53,784 nt of DNA, from assembly GCA_003345595.1 (NCBI GenBank), contig PRDI01000025.1, positions 1 through 53,784 on the forward strand. Direction: 5' to 3'. Below the pieces are notes generated by a model. It saw only the letters and a list, made by a program, of their open reading frames with translations, was not told the DNA's origin and made no database searches. Position 1 is the first letter of the stretch; every line of letters begins with the position of its first letter. This DNA comes from Candidatus Thorarchaeota archaeon (GTDB lineage: Archaea > Asgardarchaeota > Thorarchaeia > Thorarchaeales > Thorarchaeaceae). Shown here one piece after another: positions 48,528 through 53,784 of this stretch. The translations under genes were made by a program, and so were the position numbers.

Positions 48528-49571
48528 ATGAAACCACTTGACCTCACCCTGTCAGCAATTGATGGCACTGCGGAGAGAGTCCCGTTCAATCCATTCATCA
48601 TGCATCTCGCGGCGGCAATTGACGGCATTGATTACAGCGGAATCTACTGCCAGGATGCAGATGTCCTTGCAGAGGCTCAGACGAAGTGTGCCAGGACCTT
48701 CGGCGTTGATCATGTCAATGTATCGACGGACGCTTACAGAGAAGCCAGTGCATGGGGCATTGAGATAGACTTCTCTGGTCACACGCCTGTAGCCAAGACT
48801 CATCTGGATCCAGCCGGCTTTGAGTCGGTCGAGAAACCTGATCTACAATCCAGTCCCAGAATCAAGAATCGAGTCGAAGCCGTGCGGCTTCTCAAGCGCA
48901 GTGTGGGCAACGAGCAATGCATCGTGGGATGGATAGAAGCCCCGTTCGCAGAGATATGCTGCCTGTTTGGTCTCATGGAAGTGCTAAAGCTGGGACGTAA
49001 TCCGAAGTGGAACGAGATGGTTAAGGACTTCACCAAACGAGTCATCCCTGTTCAGCTGGAGTTCGCCGAGATGCAGATTGAAGCGGGTGCAGACATCATC
49101 GGAGTGGGAGATTCGGCGGTTTCTCAGATAGGTCCCAAGCGCTACAAGGAGGCATGCCTCGAATCAACACAGAAACTGCTCAAGGACATCGCCAAGCAGG
49201 TGCCTGTCCTTTACCACGTTTGCGGAGATAGCTCAGTGGTTGACAAAGAAGGACGATCCATGCTCGAGCTTGTCGCCGACTCAGGGACTTCCATTCTGGA
49301 CATTGACTATCAAGTTGATATGACCACAGCCAAGCAGAAGATTGGCGACAGGGTGTGCATCCGAGGAAACACAAACACTGCTATGCTTGGCGATCGCCTG
49401 TATTCGCCAACAAGGATAATCGGCGAGGTCACGCGGACTATCAAAGCCGGCAAGCCAGGAGGAAAGTACATGTTCTCTGCAGGATGTGAATGGCCTTGGG
49501 AACCTATTGATCTTGCTGCACGCAATCTGGGGATTGCCCGGACTCTGGTCGAGCGAATCGGTGGATACTGA
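48528..49571 (+). CDS. MtaA/CmuA-type methylcobalamin:thiol methyltransferase (URO-D superfamily)
   Basis: DAYREASAWG, GWIEAPF, AGADIIGVGDS, and the Zn motif YHVCG...SAGCE (HxC...C). Alternative start TTG 48522. Confidence 0.85.
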   Translation: MKPLDLTLSAIDGTAERVPFNPFIMHLAAAIDGIDYSGIYCQDADVLAEAQTKCARTFGVDHVNVSTDAYREASAWGIEIDFSGHTPVAKTHLDPAGFESVEKPDLQSSPRIKNRVEAVRLLKRSVGNEQCIVGWIEAPFAEICCLFGLMEVLKLGRNPKWNEMVKDFTKRVIPVQLEFAEMQIEAGADIIGVGDSAVSQIGPKRYKEACLESTQKLLKDIAKQVPVLYHVCGDSSVVDKEGRSMLELVADSGTSILDIDYQVDMTTAKQKIGDRVCIRGNTNTAMLGDRLYSPTRIIGEVTRTIKAGKPGGKYMFSAGCEWPWEPIDLAARNLGIARTLVERIGGY

Positions 49572-49572
49572 C

Positions 49573-50745
49573 ATGAACTCACGCCAAAGGGTACTCGCGG
49601 CACTGGATCATCAGACACCGGATAAGGTCCCACTTGATTTTGGCGGAAACCAGTCAGGCATTCACATCATAGCCTACAAACGACTGCTTCAGTACCTCGA
49701 CATCGAGGACAAGGAGATATGCTATTGCGACTTCTTGGAACAAGCGGTGCGACCGTGCGAGGAGCTGCTGAAACACTTCGAGATAGATGTCCGATGGTTG
49801 AGGCCGGAGTCCAGTATTGTCCCTGAGGACTTCGTCCCGCAAGTGGAGGGCAAGTACCAAGGTGTGTATGACCAGTTCGGAGTGTTCTGGGGAGATAATG
49901 CAGAGAAGAAGATTGAGGACATCCTGTACTATGATCCTGTCATCCATCCCCTGAGTGAGATGAAGACTGTACAGGAGATCAAGGAGTACAACTGGCCTGA
50001 TGGCACTGACAAGAAACGGATGAAGGGTTTGAGAGAGGAAGCCAGGCGGCTCAGAAGAACCACTGACTATGCCATTGCCACTCCGCCGCTCGGATGCATC
50101 TATGAATATACGACATTTCTGTTCGGGTTTGCGAAAGCATTGAGGCATCTGCAAAAGAACCCGGAACTGATAGTCGCCACCATGGAAGAGCTGGAGAAGT
50201 ACTGGACCGACTACGCGACTGCATTCCTCGATGAGGTCAAGTTCGGAAACGAGCACTATGTGGACATAGTAGCCAACAATGGAGACCTCGCCCAGCAAGG
50301 AGGTCCCATAATGAACCCGAAGACAATCTACGAACCGTTGATCAAGCCAATCGAAAAACGATTCTCAGCAAGAGTGCACTCTCTAGCTAATGTCAAAATC
50401 AACTATCATTGCTGTGGGTCGATACCTCTCTTCATTCCACACTTCGCTGAAATTGGATACGATGCCGTGAATCCTGTCCAGGTCGGTGCATATGACATGG
50501 AGCCGTGCAGTCTTAAGAAGCGATTTGGGGAATTGATTACATTCTGGGGCGGCATGTGTGATACTCAGAGTACTCTGCCTTTCGGCACGCCTGAGAAGGT
50601 TCGTGATGAGGTGCATCACAATGTGGCGTGCCTCAAGCCAGGCGGCGGATACATCGCGGCCAATGTACATAACATAACCGGAGAGGTGCCAGCCGAGAAC
50701 ATAGTGGCAATGTTCGAAACTGCGAGAGAGTTCAGAGGATATTAG
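49573..50745 (+). CDS. URO-D/methyltransferase-superfamily protein (D...HCC...H ligand type)
   Basis: MNSRQRVLAALDHQTPDKVPLDFGG, DQFG, GDL..Q.GP, YHCCG, NPVQ, FWGG.CD, GGGYIAANVHNI. ATG lies just after the upstream stop. Confidence 0.88.
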   Translation: MNSRQRVLAALDHQTPDKVPLDFGGNQSGIHIIAYKRLLQYLDIEDKEICYCDFLEQAVRPCEELLKHFEIDVRWLRPESSIVPEDFVPQVEGKYQGVYDQFGVFWGDNAEKKIEDILYYDPVIHPLSEMKTVQEIKEYNWPDGTDKKRMKGLREEARRLRRTTDYAIATPPLGCIYEYTTFLFGFAKALRHLQKNPELIVATMEELEKYWTDYATAFLDEVKFGNEHYVDIVANNGDLAQQGGPIMNPKTIYEPLIKPIEKRFSARVHSLANVKINYHCCGSIPLFIPHFAEIGYDAVNPVQVGAYDMEPCSLKKRFGELITFWGGMCDTQSTLPFGTPEKVRDEVHHNVACLKPGGGYIAANVHNITGEVPAENIVAMFETAREFRGY

Positions 50746-50948
50746 TGGCTCTCTGTTGTTGACGGTTTCTCCCTTGGACAGCCAACTGCAGTCGAGTGAC
50801 TGCAAATCCGGTTATATTCCTCATGATTTCCCACCGGAATGTGTCAGCCTTCCCGGAAGCATCTGCAACCCGCTTTTCCGCATACACTCCAGACAGCATT
50901 CATTCATAACTGTCCTTCTACATATCCACAGCCGAGGTCTCATGTGGT

Positions 50949-53285
50949 TTGAAGCACAACAAGGAGTCGATGCTGGGAGTAGGAATCATGACTATTTTCC
51001 TGTTGAGCTCTGTCATGTGCCCTGCTGCTGCAGCACTGACTGTAATCAATGAAGAGCAGTTTGAACGTGTCTATACTCCGAACGCCAATAATCACACGTA
51101 CGTCTATGCCGAGCCTGATGTGCTATCGGGGGTGACCACGTCGACGCTGCATGTTAATCAGGATCTTCAAATGAGGAGATACGCGTTTGATGGCACGGGC
51201 TGGACTTACTATGACGCAGCTTACCCAGGACCCAATGATGTGCCATTTCCCTGGAGCGCATTCAATGTCTGGGCAGGTACCACCTTCACCAACACGTCGA
51301 TACTGCCCTCCTTCATCACCGCTGTTGCGGCGGACGGCGGACCGGCTGTCTTGAACTCGACACTTACGCGTTCGTCATTCGAACTCAAGATGGGACAGCT
51401 TTCGACTCTGGTCCTCGAACCCAATCTGTACTACTTTGGAGTGCTCGGGATTGCCGCTGAGGAGTTCATATATCTCACAGTTTCCTCCAGACAAGTCAAT
51501 TCCCCGAGCTGGCAAGTCACGGTTGTTGACCCTGCGGGCCATTTCATGGGGAGCATCGAAGGGTCTGAGAATGCCAGCACTGTTCTCCCATTCAGACCAT
51601 CGGGACCGGGTACGTACTTCGTCATGATAATTGGCGAAGCGAACTCTCAGAGCCTGCTCATCTTCGATCTGTTGCCACAAGCAGTGGCACCCACACAAGT
51701 GGCGTTTGGCCAACTCGTGCAGGGCGTTCTCGAGGATAGTGAGTTCGTGGTCACGAGTGATTCCGGAACGGTGGTTGATACTAAGAAGACTCCAGCAGCC
51801 CACACATACAAGTTCTACTCACAAGAGGTGGCATTGATATCTTACTCATTCAACTACCCGGGTGAGAGCGAGCCCGTCGATCCACCCATAGGGACGCGGA
51901 TAGAACTCTCCAGCGATGCATTCACGTCCATGTTTGATTACGGCCAGAGGTACAACAACATAATCAACTCACCACAAAGCAGCATCCTGTACTACCGATC
52001 CTCAAACGGAGAAACGTACTACCTTACCGTGATTGGACCTGGCAATGTCAAGTACACGCTGTTCCACGAAGACAACGTCGCTCAGGACCTGCCTGTGAAC
52101 CAAGAGTTATCTGTGATAAACAACCAGGGCTATGCGGTGAAGAGCGCCTACAGCCTATACCTGTCTCAGGACTCTTTCATGAAGCTGAACTCCAGTGCAT
52201 TGTTAGCAGAATACGCTTGGAGAGCGTGGGCAGTCTACGGCAATGATATGTACATTTCCCAGAACCTGCAATGGGCGGCCACACTTCAGTCCTCCTCGTT
52301 CTACTACCTCCCCGCGGGATATTATGTCTTCGAAGTCACAGCTGGTCCTGATACATCTGCTCAGTTCGAGTTCAACATCGGACCGGTAGTCGACGCGTCC
52401 ACGGCCAGTATCGCGAGAGTGGGCGGCTTCCGTGTGAATACAGATACGATGACTTATTACAATACAACTCTGAAGCTGCTGAATCTTGCCAACATCACAG
52501 TAAGAGCCAACTTGGCGTTCTACGACCGATACATGATTCTTTCGTCCAGTTCGACCCCGATACTGGCAAACCGTGTGAACGGAACCCACTGGGCTCCGCA
52601 TCCCTCCTACAGCAACTCCACGAGCTTTGTGACTACGAACACATTGACAGAGGGGTACTCTCTCGTCGCAGTGTGTACCTACAGGGTGTCTAACAACACT
52701 CAAGGAGCGACAAACGACTATTCCGACTATGAAGTCAATTACGGTATCGAATGTGTGGATTACACCAGTAGCTACTTCAACGGTACATTCAATCTTGATG
52801 TTGGCGCTGGCCCCGTAGAACACAACTTCACACTGCCACTCCCCGGAGAGACAACAGAGAACTATCAGGTTGGACTAAGCGTACCCAAGGGTATCTGGTT
52901 CAATGTCACCATCATAGCTCATGATGCTGACACTTTCTCCGCAGTCCTTCTTCAGAACTGGCAGTCCAGATCACACAGGACTCAGTGGGCGGATCTCAAC
53001 GATGAACTTGTGGGGAGCATTGGAACACAGCTATCGTTCCAATTTGGCTCGATAAGTGACTCGATGAAACTGATCCTCAGTGTTGGCAGAGACCTGTCCG
53101 ACAACGGGTCATTATATGTGAGGATTACGCCTTTCAACACCACCACCTTCATAGGTCCCCCTGTGCTGACTGTGGGACCGCCTGACTTCCTGTCTGGCCT
53201 TTTGGTCTATGCAGTTCCGATTGCGATTGGCGCTGCGGCAATCGTGATAGTAGCAGTTGTCTATTTCAAGAAGTACAAGAAATAG
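50949..53285 (+). CDS. Membrane-anchored surface glycoprotein with tandem beta-sandwich (PPC-like) domains
   Basis: Signal peptide; beta-rich units such as PGTYFVMI, GETYYLTV, LPAGYYVFEV; many N-x-S/T sequons; C-terminal TM helix plus KKYKK. Confidence 0.75.
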   Translation: MKHNKESMLGVGIMTIFLLSSVMCPAAAALTVINEEQFERVYTPNANNHTYVYAEPDVLSGVTTSTLHVNQDLQMRRYAFDGTGWTYYDAAYPGPNDVPFPWSAFNVWAGTTFTNTSILPSFITAVAADGGPAVLNSTLTRSSFELKMGQLSTLVLEPNLYYFGVLGIAAEEFIYLTVSSRQVNSPSWQVTVVDPAGHFMGSIEGSENASTVLPFRPSGPGTYFVMIIGEANSQSLLIFDLLPQAVAPTQVAFGQLVQGVLEDSEFVVTSDSGTVVDTKKTPAAHTYKFYSQEVALISYSFNYPGESEPVDPPIGTRIELSSDAFTSMFDYGQRYNNIINSPQSSILYYRSSNGETYYLTVIGPGNVKYTLFHEDNVAQDLPVNQELSVINNQGYAVKSAYSLYLSQDSFMKLNSSALLAEYAWRAWAVYGNDMYISQNLQWAATLQSSSFYYLPAGYYVFEVTAGPDTSAQFEFNIGPVVDASTASIARVGGFRVNTDTMTYYNTTLKLLNLANITVRANLAFYDRYMILSSSSTPILANRVNGTHWAPHPSYSNSTSFVTTNTLTEGYSLVAVCTYRVSNNTQGATNDYSDYEVNYGIECVDYTSSYFNGTFNLDVGAGPVEHNFTLPLPGETTENYQVGLSVPKGIWFNVTIIAHDADTFSAVLLQNWQSRSHRTQWADLNDELVGSIGTQLSFQFGSISDSMKLILSVGRDLSDNGSLYVRITPFNTTTFIGPPVLTVGPPDFLSGLLVYAVPIAIGAAAIVIVAVVYFKKYKK

Positions 53286-53291
53286 GGAATA

Positions 53292-53326
53292 GGACCTGGC
53301 ACAAGCCAGGTCCCCACTTTCTTTTC
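53292..53326 (+). terminator. Hairpin plus U-rich terminator
   Basis: GGACCTGGC-acaa-GCCAGGTCC (53292-53313), then CCACTTTCTTTTC, starting 7 nt after the stop. Confidence 0.65.
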
Positions 53327-53511
53327 TGGAACCGGTTTCTGCACCACATGACAGTTGGGGGTCTTTCGCTCGCCCGTTTCTGGGGTGGTTTCTGCCTACG
53401 CCTAGCTGAGATTGAAGGCTTGACGTGCATCTCTCGTCACAAAGGCATCTGTGCCATACAGGCGTACTAACATTGATATGAAAGAGAGCCGAGTATGAGT
53501 ATTGGGCACAT

Positions 53512-53784
53512 ATGAGAACACTGCGGCATAAGGTGCTGGTTGTCATATTGGTTGTTACAATGACATTCGTAGGCATCTTCATAGCTTGGCCTGGTCTGGG
53601 GGGTCCTCAACTGGTTGCTGACTGCGGGCGATTCTGCTACCTCAGTCAGGTATACGACGACAACGACAACAAGACATACACGGTCGAGTTCGCTGGTGCT
53701 AACTTCACATTCCTATACTGGCACTACACTGGGCTTCAGGTTTGGAACGGTACGACTGTGACTCTCACGGACCAACCAGACAGG
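53512..53784 (+). CDS. Secreted or membrane-anchored hypothetical protein, truncated by the window edge
   Basis: MRTLRHKVLVVILVVTMTFVGIFIAWP...DNKTYTVEFAGANFTF...WNGT is open to the end: basic N-terminus, hydrophobic helix and sequons. Confidence 0.7.
   Translation, partial: MRTLRHKVLVVILVVTMTFVGIFIAWPGLGGPQLVADCGRFCYLSQVYDDNDNKTYTVEFAGANFTFLYWHYTGLQVWNGTTVTLTDQPDR

Noticed and set aside
43816-50745. Annotation as hemE (heme biosynthesis)
   Set aside because: The N-terminal RQAGR motif of HemE is absent; the proteins carry metal-ligand motifs and flank a corrinoid protein.
45775-50805. Numerous antisense and alternative-frame ORFs within long genes (also throughout 12-37 kb)
   Set aside because: They are shadow ORFs of well-supported CDSs with no independent evidence.

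Overview
The window looks archaeal: TATA-like promoters, GGTGA-type Shine-Dalgarno (SD) sites, and surface proteins rich in N-x-S/T sequons with C-terminal TM anchors. The overall style suggests Asgard/Thorarchaeia, but that is an inference. (1) 1-12 kb: a GNAT gene broken by an in-frame TAA, two family-5 ABC solute-binding proteins with an Opp/Dpp-type operon (probably for cello-/beta-oligosaccharides), an HxlR-type regulator, a cupin, a flavodoxin and an MBL-fold hydrolase. (2) 12-38 kb: an island of giant surface proteins. Two tandem paralogues (~2,200 aa) combine Ca-binding DxDxDG repeats, a fascin-like beta-trefoil, a conserved basic plus hydrophobic helical module resembling toxin pore/translocation domains, a hypervariable NHL propeller and a C-terminal anchor. 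They face a 3,670-aa membrane-anchored gingipain-like (C25) protease. The duplication junction is still readable as an in-frame wHTH::DUF998 chimera. (3) 38-51 kb: a cluster with a Gfo/Idh/MocA dehydrogenase, a QueG/RdhA-like cobalamin Fe-S protein, a GPH-type MFS transporter, a corrinoid protein, three URO-D/MtaA-family proteins with different metal-ligand sets, and a GH94-like enzyme lacking the usual phosphate-site motifs. This is a candidate cobalamin-dependent O-methyl-sugar demethylation pathway. (4) An anchored surface protein and a truncated secreted protein close the window. No rRNA, tRNA, CRISPR array, transposase or reverse transcriptase was seen. All family calls come from motif recognition by eye, not database searches.
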